A stretch of 64,000 bases of DNA, from positions 192,001 through 256,000 of the forward strand of contig JAVKJW010000001.1 in assembly GCA_031458695.1 (NCBI GenBank), given 5' to 3'. Of the stretch, positions 10,698 to 19,707 are shown one piece after another. The position numbers and the translations under genes are program-made. Below the pieces are notes generated by a model. It saw nothing but the letters and a program-made list of their open reading frames with translations, ran no database searches and had not been told where the DNA came from. Within the stretch, counting starts at the first letter, position 1. The number at the start of each line of letters is the position of its first letter. The stretch is from Candidatus Thermofontivivens primus. Its GTDB lineage: Bacteria; Sysuimicrobiota; Sysuimicrobiia; Sysuimicrobiales; Thermofontiviventaceae.

Positions 10698-11900
10698 ATG
10701 CGCAATATCGTTGTGGAGACCCTGCCGGGCCTCCCGGTATCGGAGCACGAGGTGGAGCTTGTGGAACGGAAGGGCGTCGGGCACCCGGATTCGATCTGTG
10801 ATGCCATCATGGAAAGGGTCTCTATCGCCCTCAGCCAGGAGTACCTCAGGCGCGCGGGGACCATCCTCCACCATAACATCGACAAGGCCCTGCTGGTCGC
10901 GGGGGAGAGCGAGATCCGCCTCGGCGGCGGTGTGGTCAAACAGCCGATGCGGTTGATCTTCGGGGACCGGGCGACCTACATCGCCGACGACGTGGAGATC
11001 CCCGTAGCGGAGATCGCCATCAACACCGCCAAATCCTGGATTCGCCAGAACCTCCGGTTCGTGGACCCGGAAGCGCATGTGACCTACCAGGTAGAGATCA
11101 AGCCAGGGTCCCCAGAACTTGTGGACATCTTCCGGCGGGAGGTCATCGTGGCGAACGATACCTCGGCCGCCGTGGGCTATGCTCCCCTGACGGAAACAGA
11201 AACCATCGTCCTGGAGGTCGAGCGGTACATCAACTCCCCCGAATTCAAAGCCCGGTTCCCTGAGTCCGGCGAGGACGTCAAGGTGATGGGGTTCCGCAAG
11301 GGGCGGGAGCTTCACCTGACCATCGCCGTGGCGTTCGTCGACCGGTTCATCGACAGTGAGGCGACCTACTTCCGACGGAAGAAAGAGATGCAGGAGGCGA
11401 TCGAAGAGTACGTCCGCTCCCGCACGTCCTTCGAACGCATTTACTTCTACCTGAACCATCTCGACCAGCCTGGGCGGGGGCTGGGGGGCATGTATCTCTC
11501 GGTGCTGGGGACCTCTGCCGAGAGCGGGGACAGCGGGCAGATTGGCCGGGGGAACAGGGTGAACGGGGTGATCGCCCTCAACCGGCCTATGGGAACGGAA
11601 GCCGCCGCGGGAAAGAACCCGGTCTCCCACGTGGGGAAGATCTACACGATCCTCACCCACCAGGCGGCCAACAAGATCTATACGGAGGTCCCGGGGATCC
11701 GGGAGGTGTATGTGTGGATGTGCAGCCAGATCGGGGAGCCCATTGACCGGCCCAAGATCACAGCCTGCCAGCTCATCCTGGAGAAGGGGGTCCGCAAGAG
11801 CCGGGTGATTCGTCAGGCCCGGGAGATCTTAGATAGGGAACTGGCCAATATCATGCAGCTGACCAGGGAGCTGGCCGAGGGGAGGTACCCCGTCTGCTGA
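10698..11900 (+). CDS. mat: S-adenosylmethionine synthetase, archaeal type
   Basis: VELVERKGVGHPDSICD, HHNIDK, ANDTS, GEDVKVMG, GKNPVSHVGKIY; ATG 10698 after GGAGG. Confidence 0.93.
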   Translation: MRNIVVETLPGLPVSEHEVELVERKGVGHPDSICDAIMERVSIALSQEYLRRAGTILHHNIDKALLVAGESEIRLGGGVVKQPMRLIFGDRATYIADDVEIPVAEIAINTAKSWIRQNLRFVDPEAHVTYQVEIKPGSPELVDIFRREVIVANDTSAAVGYAPLTETETIVLEVERYINSPEFKARFPESGEDVKVMGFRKGRELHLTIAVAFVDRFIDSEATYFRRKKEMQEAIEEYVRSRTSFERIYFYLNHLDQPGRGLGGMYLSVLGTSAESGDSGQIGRGNRVNGVIALNRPMGTEAAAGKNPVSHVGKIYTILTHQAANKIYTEVPGIREVYVWMCSQIGEPIDRPKITACQLILEKGVRKSRVIRQAREILDRELANIMQLTRELAEGRYPVC

Positions 11901-12006
11901 GGAGATCCCTCAGCAAAGCCAGAAGGCTCTTTGCTGGGTCCCATGCAAGATCCTGTCAGAAGATAGGCGAGAGGAGTTTCCCGATACCGAAGACTGGACA
12001 GCGGAA

Positions 12007-12723
12007 ATGGGCGAGTGGTTGTTCCAAACCGATGCGTACGTGAAGGAGTTCCAAGCCAGCGTCATCGCCGTGAGGGGCAATGCCGTCGCTTTGGACCGGA
12101 CCGCCTTCTATCCTGGGGGCGGTGGCCAGCCTCCTGATCGGGGCTTCCTCTCTGCCGGCGAGAGGACGTGGGAAGTCCTCACCGCCCGCAAGGAGGGGGA
12201 GGAGATCTGGCATGAGGTCGCTGGAGACCCCCCTCCGCCTGGGACCATGGTGACGGGCAGGCTCGACTGGGAACGGCGCTACGCGCTCATGCGCACCCAC
12301 ACGGCGATGCACATCCTCTGCGGGGTTATCTGGCGCGACTACGGCGCACGCGTCACCGGGGGGAACATGGAGCCGCTACGCGGTCGGATGGACTTCGAAT
12401 TCGAAACCATGCGAGCTGAGCTTGTGCGGGAGATCGAGGAGAAGATCAACGCCGAGGTGGCTGCAGCGAGAGCTGTCGTAGTTCGCATCCTCCCCCGGGA
12501 GGAGGCCTTCGCCATCCCCGATCTCATCCGCACCAGGATCAACCTCCTGCCTGAGGGGATTCGACAGGTGCGGGTGGTGGAGATTGTGGGGCTGGACCTG
12601 CAGGCTGACGGGGGTACCCACGTGGCCAATACCCGGGAGGTGGGCAGGATTCACATCGTAGACTACAAGAGCAAGGGCCGCTTGAACAAGCGGATTGAGA
12701 TTGCTCTGGAGGAGAGCCTCTAG
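12007..12723 (+). CDS. AlaX-type alanyl-tRNA editing protein
   Basis: LDRTAFYPGGGGQPPD, MRTHTAMH, DLQADGGTHV. Confidence 0.92.
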   Translation: MGEWLFQTDAYVKEFQASVIAVRGNAVALDRTAFYPGGGGQPPDRGFLSAGERTWEVLTARKEGEEIWHEVAGDPPPPGTMVTGRLDWERRYALMRTHTAMHILCGVIWRDYGARVTGGNMEPLRGRMDFEFETMRAELVREIEEKINAEVAAARAVVVRILPREEAFAIPDLIRTRINLLPEGIRQVRVVEIVGLDLQADGGTHVANTREVGRIHIVDYKSKGRLNKRIEIALEESL

Positions 12724-12793
12724 GGCCGGGAGAAATTTTTCTCCTAAGAACTTTCAGCATGAGGGGTGGATTCTAACCATGGGGAGGGGAAAT

Positions 12794-13771
12794 ATGCGTA
12801 TACACCGGTTCGTGTTGGCAATCGCCCTCGTCCTTACTGTCATCTCCCTTACCGGGATCCCCGCCTCCTCAGCACCCACTCTCCGGCGGATCTCCATTGC
12901 CACCGGGGGGACGGGAGGCGTCTACTTCGTTCTCGGAGGAGGCCTCGCGCGGCTGATCTCCCAGCATATCCCGGGAGTCCAGGCGACAGCGGAAGTGACC
13001 TCGGCTTCCGTAGACAACATGCGGTTGATCGGCGCGAAGCGGGCCGATCTGGCGCTTACTCTGAACGACACCGCCTATGACGCCTACAAAGGGCAGGCGG
13101 ATTTCAAAGGGAACCCGATCCCCATCCGTGTGCTCGTGCCTGTGTACGACAACTACAACCACCTGGTGACCATTGAGGGGACGGGGATCAATTCCATTGC
13201 GGACTTGAAAGGGAAGCGAGTTTCGGTAGGTTCGCCTGGCAGCGGCACCGAGGTCACAGCGTTGCGGATCCTCCGGGCAGCTGGTATCGACCCGGACAGG
13301 GACATCCGCAAGGAGCGTCTTGGAGTAGGCCCTTCGGCGGATGCCTTGAAGGATCGCAAGATTGACGCCTTCTTCTGGAGTGGCGGGATCCCCACCCCTG
13401 CCGTGTTGGATCTGGCCTCGACTCCAGGGATCCGCATGCGGCTGATCCCCCTGGACACTGTCGTGGAGGCCCTGCGCAAGGAGTACGGGCCCCTCTACTT
13501 TAAGATCACAATTCGGAAAATTGCCTACCCTGGGCTGACGGAGGACGTCCCGGTGGTGGGCGTAGCGAACCTCATCGTGGTCCACAAGGACTTCCCCGAA
13601 GACCTGGCTTATGCGATTGTGAAGTTGATCTTTGAACGGAAGCAGGATCTCGTGGCTGTCCACAAGGAGGCCCAGAATATCTCCTTGCTGCGGATCACGG
13701 GGAGGACACCGATCCCGTTCCATCCCGGAGCGGTCCGCTATTACAGGGAGAAGGGCGTCCCGGGATTCTAA
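12794..13771 (+). CDS. TAXI-family TRAP transporter solute-binding protein
   Basis: Signal peptide, IATGGTGGVYF, SASVDN, GSPGSGTE, IPFHPGAVRYY. Confidence 0.93.
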   Translation: MRIHRFVLAIALVLTVISLTGIPASSAPTLRRISIATGGTGGVYFVLGGGLARLISQHIPGVQATAEVTSASVDNMRLIGAKRADLALTLNDTAYDAYKGQADFKGNPIPIRVLVPVYDNYNHLVTIEGTGINSIADLKGKRVSVGSPGSGTEVTALRILRAAGIDPDRDIRKERLGVGPSADALKDRKIDAFFWSGGIPTPAVLDLASTPGIRMRLIPLDTVVEALRKEYGPLYFKITIRKIAYPGLTEDVPVVGVANLIVVHKDFPEDLAYAIVKLIFERKQDLVAVHKEAQNISLLRITGRTPIPFHPGAVRYYREKGVPGF

Positions 13772-13880
13772 CGAGCTCCGCGAAATCTTTTGACAACAGT
13801 TTACGAGGTGGAGCCCGGGACCCCAAGAATCCATCTTGCGAACGTGGAAATGGGGGGAGAGTCCCTTTGGGAATGAGAGG

Positions 13881-14387
13881 GTGAGGAGGCAGGCGCTCAT
13901 CGCCCTCCTGGGAGTTGGAGCGTTTGTGGTAGGAGCCCTCTCCCTACCAATGCAACGCGTCCTCGAAGTGGTGGATTCCGATACATCGCGGGCGATCCTC
14001 GTGGCCACAATCAGGGAGGGGGAGAGCGTTATTCTGCGCTACCTCCACTCCCTCTACGGCGGGCATGTATGGGAGGTCTTGCGTGCGCGAGGGAGCCTCT
14101 TGGTTCTGGAAGAGCTGGAAGCAGAACGGGAGGCAGCCCTGGAGTATTACCAGGTTGAGGGGAAGGTTACGAACGAGAATGGCCGCTTTCGCATCGGCAG
14201 CCTATCCTTGCCTGTGGGGGAAATCTCAGTGCGAGCGACAGGACTTGGGAGAAGGACCCTCATTTGGCGGGGAAGGGAGATTCCCCTGGCAGGAGCCGGG
14301 CGCGAGGGACACCTTATCCGAATCCAGATCAGCAGACGCTCTCTCCTTTGGCTCTTGTTGCGCCACCTGGTCTCAGAAGTCCCCTAA
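13881..14387 (+). CDS. DUF1850-like protein of TAXI-TRAP operons
   Basis: 'LRYLHSLYGGHVWE' motif; lies between TAXI SBP and fused permease. Confidence 0.7.
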   Translation: MRRQALIALLGVGAFVVGALSLPMQRVLEVVDSDTSRAILVATIREGESVILRYLHSLYGGHVWEVLRARGSLLVLEELEAEREAALEYYQVEGKVTNENGRFRIGSLSLPVGEISVRATGLGRRTLIWRGREIPLAGAGREGHLIRIQISRRSLLWLLLRHLVSEVP

Positions 14388-14524
14388 TCGTCTTGTGATT
14401 TTACGGGGGTACTGAGTGGAATTGCGGAGATTTCGCCGAGACGATGGAGCGACCATGACACTGTCTGTTGGAGAGATGCTCCCGCACACATCGTGGTGAG
14501 AACCAGCAAGCGGAGGCGGTCTGG

Positions 14525-16480
14525 ATGGGTGAACCTTTCAAAGAAGAGGAGCGAATTCCTAAATCCGAGGAAGAACTTGAGGAGCTCATTGAAAAGTTTG
14601 AGGGAGCGACGCGCAAACTTCAGGGACCAGTTGGGTGGATCGTCACAGGGCTCGCGGTGTTCACCTCCCTGTATGCCTTGTGGGCCGCGAGATTTCCCAT
14701 CATCCAGCAGATCCACCGCACGCGCTTTCTCCTCCTCGTCTTGGTCCTGACCTTCCTCCTCTACCCTGGGTGGAGGGGTGCGCGCAGGAGGATTCATCCC
14801 GTTGATCTCCTGTTCATCGCCATGGCCGTCGCAGGTCTCGGATGGATCTTCTGGGATTTTGAGCAATTCGTCTACCGCCAGGTGATCCCCAATACCTTCG
14901 ACATCGTCTTCGGGATCCTCACGATCATCGCCTTGCTTGAGGCCACGCGGAGGACAACGGGGTGGACGCTCGTCCTCCTCTCCATTGCTTTCCTGCTCTA
15001 TGCCATTTACGGATACCTCCTTCCCGAGCCCTGGACACATCGAGGGTATGACCTCGCCAGGATCATCGGTCACCTCTATGTGGGTCTAGAGGGGATCTTT
15101 GGTGTCCCACTGGACGTCGCTTCGACATTCATCATCTTGTTCACCATTTACGGCTCGTTCCTGGAGCAATCGGGGGCGGGGAAGTTCTTTGTGGACTTGG
15201 CATTCGCCCTTGTTCGGGGACGTCGCACGGGTGCTGGCCAGGCTGTCACCATCGCCTCCTTCCTCCTCGGGGGCCCTTCCGGGAGCGGGGTTGCCACGAC
15301 GGTCACAGTGGGCGCGATCGCTTACCCCTTGTTGAAGCGGGCGGGATATGACCGGGAGTCTGCCGGGGGCCTTCTCTCTGCAGGAGGCATTGGGGCGGTG
15401 ATCTCACCCCCGATCCTCGGCGCAGCTGCCTTCATCATCGCGGAGATCCTCAAGATCTCCTACCTCAAGGTATTGATTCTCGCCACCATTCCCACAGTGC
15501 TCTACTACTTGACCATTTTCTTGATGATTGAACTGGATGCCCGGCGCTTCCAGCTGCGCAGGGTGGAGATCCAGGCCGAGGACCCCTGGCTTCTCGTCAA
15601 GCGGTACTGGTACCTCCTCACCTCGCTGGTGATGATCCCCCTGTTCATGGTGCGTGGGTTCACAGCCATTGCCGCGGTGTTCTGGTCTACCGTCGTCGCC
15701 TGGCTCACCTCGTACCTGCGGAAAGAAACAGCGCTTGTACCTTCCAAACTTGTTGCCGCGCTGGCCAATGGGACCAAGCAAGTTCTCAGCGTCGCAGTCA
15801 CCTGCGCCGTGGCGGGCGTCATCGTGGGAGTGATCACGCTCACAGGTCTTGGGCTCAAGCTCTCGGGGATCATCATCGACCTCGCCGGGGGAAACTTGCT
15901 GCTCACGCTCATCTATTCTGGAATAGCCCTCTGGATCCTGGGGCTTGCGCTTCCCATCACCGCCACATACATCATCGCTGCCGCGATCATCGCCCCGGCC
16001 TTGATCCAGCTGGGGGTGAACGAACTCGCTGCCCACATGTTCATTTTCTACTACGCCATCCTCTCTGAAGTCTCTCCTCCTGTCGGCCTCAGCCCCCTGG
16101 CTGCTGCGGCGCTGACCGGTGGGAACACCTTCCGCACCATGCTCATGGCTTGGAAGTACACACTGCCCGCGTTCATCGTCCCGTTCATGTTCACGATCCA
16201 TCCGGATGGCATGGGCATCCTGCTGCAGGCGCCTTGGCAAGTTGTCCTCAAGGTGACGACTACGGCGATTCTCGGGCTTGTGGCCATCAGCGCGGCTGTG
16301 AACGGATGGCTCCTTCGCCCGACCAACTGGGCGGAGCGCGCGATCCTTCTCGCCGCCGGGCTCATGCTCGTGTATCCTTCGACGGCTCTTGACTTGGTCG
16401 CCTTAGGTGCCTTCGGGGGCGTGTTCGCCGTCCACTGGTTCACCCGCGGGACGCCCGCAAAGATCACAGCCTCCGACTGA
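14525..16480 (+). CDS. TRAP transporter fused 4TM/12TM permease
   Basis: LEATRRTTG, EGIFGVPL, SGSGVATTVT, AHMFIFYYAILSEVSPPV. Confidence 0.93.
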   Translation: MGEPFKEEERIPKSEEELEELIEKFEGATRKLQGPVGWIVTGLAVFTSLYALWAARFPIIQQIHRTRFLLLVLVLTFLLYPGWRGARRRIHPVDLLFIAMAVAGLGWIFWDFEQFVYRQVIPNTFDIVFGILTIIALLEATRRTTGWTLVLLSIAFLLYAIYGYLLPEPWTHRGYDLARIIGHLYVGLEGIFGVPLDVASTFIILFTIYGSFLEQSGAGKFFVDLAFALVRGRRTGAGQAVTIASFLLGGPSGSGVATTVTVGAIAYPLLKRAGYDRESAGGLLSAGGIGAVISPPILGAAAFIIAEILKISYLKVLILATIPTVLYYLTIFLMIELDARRFQLRRVEIQAEDPWLLVKRYWYLLTSLVMIPLFMVRGFTAIAAVFWSTVVAWLTSYLRKETALVPSKLVAALANGTKQVLSVAVTCAVAGVIVGVITLTGLGLKLSGIIIDLAGGNLLLTLIYSGIALWILGLALPITATYIIAAAIIAPALIQLGVNELAAHMFIFYYAILSEVSPPVGLSPLAAAALTGGNTFRTMLMAWKYTLPAFIVPFMFTIHPDGMGILLQAPWQVVLKVTTTAILGLVAISAAVNGWLLRPTNWAERAILLAAGLMLVYPSTALDLVALGAFGGVFAVHWFTRGTPAKITASD

Positions 16481-16529
16481 CCCTGAGCTCCCACCTAAGG
16501 GAGAGGTCCTTGCATATTCCAGGCGCTTG

Positions 16530-16590
16530 CTGACCGTATGACAGTTTTACGAAGCGGTTTCCACATGGCAGAGCCACCTGTGATTGAAGT
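16530..16590 (+). repeat. Left copy of 61-bp inverted repeat (probable IS end)
   Basis: CTGACCGTATGACAGTTTTACGAAGCGGTTTCCACATGGCAGAGCCACCTGTGATTGAAGT; 59/61 identical to reverse complement of 19572-19632. Confidence 0.95.
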
Positions 16591-16618
16591 CAAGCCCGGA
16601 CCGAACTGACCTTCGGGT

Positions 16619-16770
16619 ATGAGTTCGGACAACCCTTCCTGTACCCAAGTGAAGAGATTCACCAGCTACCTCCTCGACCGTAAAGATCAAGTTCGTAAGG
16701 CAGCTAAGATTCTTTAGGCTATTTTGGAAGCCTGTTCTCAAGGCTATCGGAGGTTTCAGAGAGGATGCAG
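16619..16770 (+). pseudogene. Transposase N-terminal remnant
   Basis: MSSDNPSCTQVKRFTSYLLDRKDQVRKAAKIL*AILEACS/RLSEVSERM; in-frame TAG at 16715 and a frameshift; recalls 'RKAAxILxAILEARSPRLSE' transposase N-termini. Confidence 0.55.
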
Positions 16771-17290
16771 TTCAAGGGAAAGGTCGAGATTGAGGGCATC
16801 GTGATCTCCACGGCCCGGCGCGAGGTTCGTCGTCCGGAATGAGAAGGACCAGGTGGAGTATGCTGGTGGACCTCATCACGGAGGTCGAGTTCGAAGAGGA
16901 TGACGACGAATGCTTCGCCCACGCCACCCTTCATGAGCTCCAGGTCGGCGACGAGGCGAAAATCAAAGGCCTCATCCTGGCCGATGGCCGGATCCTCGCC
17001 TTGAAGATCAAGGTGGAGCGGGAGCGGCCCAAATTCTGCCTGCCCGTCGCGATCTTCATCCACGGGTCATCATCGTTGTCGGTGACGGTCTCCTCATGGT
17101 AGTCACGCACAATAGGACCATCACCGTCGTCCATGCGAACACCTGAATCCTCGAAGCAGACCGCCGCATCTCTGCGCAGCCTTGGGCGTCGCAACATCGT
17201 CGTTGCTCGCGGGAACTGGTCCGGCACCCGCTTCTCCGCGGACGAGGTCAAGGTGGAGTTTGACGCGACAGACGGTGTACCCTTGAACGG
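16771..17290 (+). pseudogene. DUF5666-like repeat protein fragment
   Basis: VEIEGIVIS..., ELQVGDEAKIKGLILADGRILALKIKVE, VVARGNWSGTRFSADEVKVE; several frameshifts and a stop. Confidence 0.6.
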
Positions 17291-17675
17291 TGGATAGCAG
17301 TGCTGTCTTGAGACTAATCCAAAAGGCGGAGGATTTCAAGGAGTTGGAGAAGGACTGCTGCAGCTAGCCTTTCCGCTTGTGCACCAATGGATGGTCACTG
17401 TCTTGGAGAGCCTAGATCAGGAGCTTGCGGCCACGCGCGAGCCATCCCTAGAGCTGATCCGCTCCGATGTCCGCACTTTTGAGATCGTGGGAGGTCCTAT
17501 CCAGTTCTCCCGGCGCTATTCCCGCGATAGGGCTACGGGGCAATACCGGTACTTATTGGATGAGTTAGGCTCCGTTCCGCCTGGCGCCTGGTGGTTGGGG
17601 GCCACAGAGAGCAACATCGACAAAATATTTGCCGGTTCGCTACCAAAATTGTGGGATGAGCTGGCGAATTATTGA
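17290..17675 (+). pseudogene. ISLre2-family (UPF0236) transposase remnant, internally deleted
   Basis: EDFKELEK..LESLDQEL..FSRRYSRDRATGQYRYLLDEL (N-terminal part) joined to LGATESNIDKI (C-terminal part). Confidence 0.7.
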
Positions 17676-17700
17676 CTAAGTCCAAGATCTAGTCTATAAT
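17672..17700 (+). promoter_or_regulatory. Sigma70 promoter of vapBC with palindromic operator
   Basis: TTGACT-17 bp-TATAAT; GACTA-N11-TAGTC at 17674-17694. Confidence 0.85.
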
Positions 17701-17707
17701 CATCACG

Positions 17708-17941
17708 ATGAGAGTAACTGTACACCAAGCGAAAACCCATCTGTCGCGGCTGCTACAGCGGGTTGCTGCAGGGGAGGAGATCCTTATCACACGTGGGGGC
17801 ACGCCCGTAGCCCGTCTCGTCCCGGTTTCTGCCGAGCCCTCTCCTCGCCGGCTCGGCCTCGACCGGGGAAAGGTTCACATCGCCGAGGACTTCGACGCTC
17901 CGTTGCCTGAGGACCTGCTCGCCGCGTTCGAGGGCAGATGA
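17708..17941 (+). CDS. vapB: Phd/YefM-family antitoxin
   Basis: VTVHQAKTHLSRLLQRVAAGEEILITRGGTPVARLVP...EDFDAPLPEDL. Confidence 0.92.
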   Translation: MRVTVHQAKTHLSRLLQRVAAGEEILITRGGTPVARLVPVSAEPSPRRLGLDRGKVHIAEDFDAPLPEDLLAAFEGR

Positions 17942-18327
17942 GGATCCTCCTGGACACCCAGTGCTGGCTGTGGATGGAAGCAATGCCCGAGCGTCTATCA
18001 GCTCAGGCCCAAACCATTGTCCGTGATCCCACCCATGAACTCTATCTTTCTGCAGCGAGTGCATGGGAAATTGCCATCAAATACGAACTCGGGAAGCTAC
18101 AACTCCCAGTCCCTCCGCAACGATACGTGCCGAGCAGGCTCAAGCGCAGCCGAATCACGCCACTGCCAGTTCAGATTGAGCACGCATTGAGAGCCGGCAC
18201 CCTTCCCTCGCATCACCGGGATCCATTCGACAGGCTGCTCATTGCTCAGGCACAGATCGAGCGCCTCGTTATCCTGACCGCGGATCCACAGTTCGCAGTA
18301 TACGACGTCCAACTCATCCGTACTTGA
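17938..18327 (+). CDS. vapC: PIN-domain toxin VapC
   Basis: ILLDT, SAASAWEIAIK, HHRDPFDRLLIAQA, LTAD; ATGA overlap with antitoxin. Confidence 0.93.
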   Translation: MRILLDTQCWLWMEAMPERLSAQAQTIVRDPTHELYLSAASAWEIAIKYELGKLQLPVPPQRYVPSRLKRSRITPLPVQIEHALRAGTLPSHHRDPFDRLLIAQAQIERLVILTADPQFAVYDVQLIRT

Positions 18328-18409
18328 ACGCAAAAGGAACCAGCCATTCCTGTGCGATACCACCGAGAGGTTCCTTGTGGTCCCTCGGGCTGCGCGACCT
18401 GGGTGATCT

Positions 18410-18552
18410 TCCCGTGCCAATCGAGCATGATGGTCGCCCAGAAGGGGTTTCGCCGGTTACATGCGCCAGAGCTGCTGGCCAGGGTCTACGCCGGCCCGCA
18501 GCAGGAGGACGGGTTTGAAGTGGCTAAGGGAGAATGTCACCGCCTCATGTAA
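18410..18552 (+). pseudogene. IS256-family transposase C-terminal remnant
   Basis: MMVAQKGFRRLHAPELLARVYAG..EDG resembles IS256 C-termini. Confidence 0.6.
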
Positions 18553-18558
18553 ATTTAC

Positions 18559-19571
18559 GGCTCATGACGGAATTTTGTGAGAAGCCTTTGAAAAAGAAGC
18601 ATCGGGTCGGTTATACTCCCCTTGAGTAATTGACCCAGACAAACGGGAGGGCCGGACCCGATGCAACTCTATTCCATCATGCGGCTTCTTGGAATTCAAG
18701 GCCATTGCATCGTAGAGATGAAGATCCAGCAACTTCGTGGGCGTCAGGCTGTTGTGCTGACGTTGAAGCGACTGCGTCGCCGCTTCGAATGCGGTCGGTA
18801 CGGGCGCAAGCTCGAGCGGCACACTTCAGCTGATGGATCGAGGTGCAGCACCTCCCCTGGTTGGAGTATTTGACCTTCCTCCGGGTTCGGCGCTACCGCG
18901 TCAAGTGCCCGAACTGTGGACCCCAGCTGGAGCCTCTGCCCTTCGTGGCCGAGGGGGCATGGGTTACACGGTCCTTGGTCGAGGTGGTCTGATAGCAGTG
19001 CAGGCTGTAGCGATCTCCACTCGCTGCATAGGGGAACGGTGAAGGCCATCGAGAAATGGATCCTCCAAAAGCTCCAAGCCAAGCGCTCTTTGGATGGGAT
19101 TACCGTCCTGGAGCCGATGAGATCGCTGTGGGCAAAGGGCACAACTACTGGACCCTGATCAGCGCCCTGGAAGGACCTCGTGGCCCGGAGATGCTCGCTG
19201 TCTACGAGGGACGATCGGAGAAGCACCTCAAGCGCTTCTGGCGCTGGTTCGGCAAGGAACGAGCCGCTCAGGTCACGCATGCAGTCATTGACATGTGCCG
19301 GGCCGCCGATGACAGCTTCCGTGCCCACCGCAGTAGGAATTCGCAGATCATCTACGACAAGTTCCACGTGGTCCGCACCTCGACGAGGCTCTCAATGCAG
19401 TCCGCAAGAGCGAGCTTCGCAAAGCGTTGGGATGCTTCAGGAAGACCCTCTCGGGCAAGAAGTTCGTGCTGTTGGCGCGTATCCGTAGCAAGGCCCGGTA
19501 GCGTGAGTTGCAGAAGAAGTTGCTCCAACCTCTCAGGTCCACCGACGCAGCGGTCACACCTCCGATGGAAC
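18559..19571 (+). pseudogene. ISL3-family element remnant (left end plus frameshifted transposase)
   Basis: GGCTC-type end at 18559; RYRVKCPNCG, DEIAVGKGHNYWT, VIDM, IIYDKFHVV; multiple frameshifts; cut off by the right inverted repeat. Confidence 0.85.
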
Positions 19572-19632
19572 ACTTCAATCACAGGTGGCTCTGCCATGTG
19601 GAGACCGCTTCGGAAAACTGTCATACGGTCAG
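19572..19632 (-). repeat. Right copy of 61-bp inverted repeat
   Basis: Reverse complement of 16530-16590 with 2 mismatches. Confidence 0.95.
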
Positions 19633-19644
19633 GAGGCTTGAGAG

Positions 19645-19680
19645 TTGCAATTTTATGCAGATTTGCGTATAATTATAACA
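19645..19680 (+). promoter_or_regulatory. arg operon promoter overlapped by two ARG boxes
   Basis: TTGCAA-17 bp-TATAAT; TGCAATTTTATGCA (19646) and CGTATAATTATAAC (19666), 20 bp apart; argR in the same operon. Confidence 0.85.
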
Positions 19681-19707
19681 ACTTTCCCGACGGGGAGGGG
19701 GGCATCG

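Larger units (their letters stand above)
16530..19632. mobile_element. Inverted-repeat-bounded accessory island (composite-transposon-like) with vapBC and IS debris
   Basis: Terminal 61-bp inverted repeats, four transposase remnants, one intact TA pair; interrupts housekeeping context. Confidence 0.7.

Noticed and set aside
12729..12765. CodY box upstream of the TAXI gene
   Set aside because: Best match is only about 9/15 to AATTTTCWGAAAATT; the GGAGAAATTTTTCTCC palindrome alone is not diagnostic.
13773..14442. Inverted half-sites flanking DUF1850 as a mobile cassette
   Set aside because: DUF1850 is a normal TAXI-TRAP component; better explained as two members of the dispersed palindrome family.
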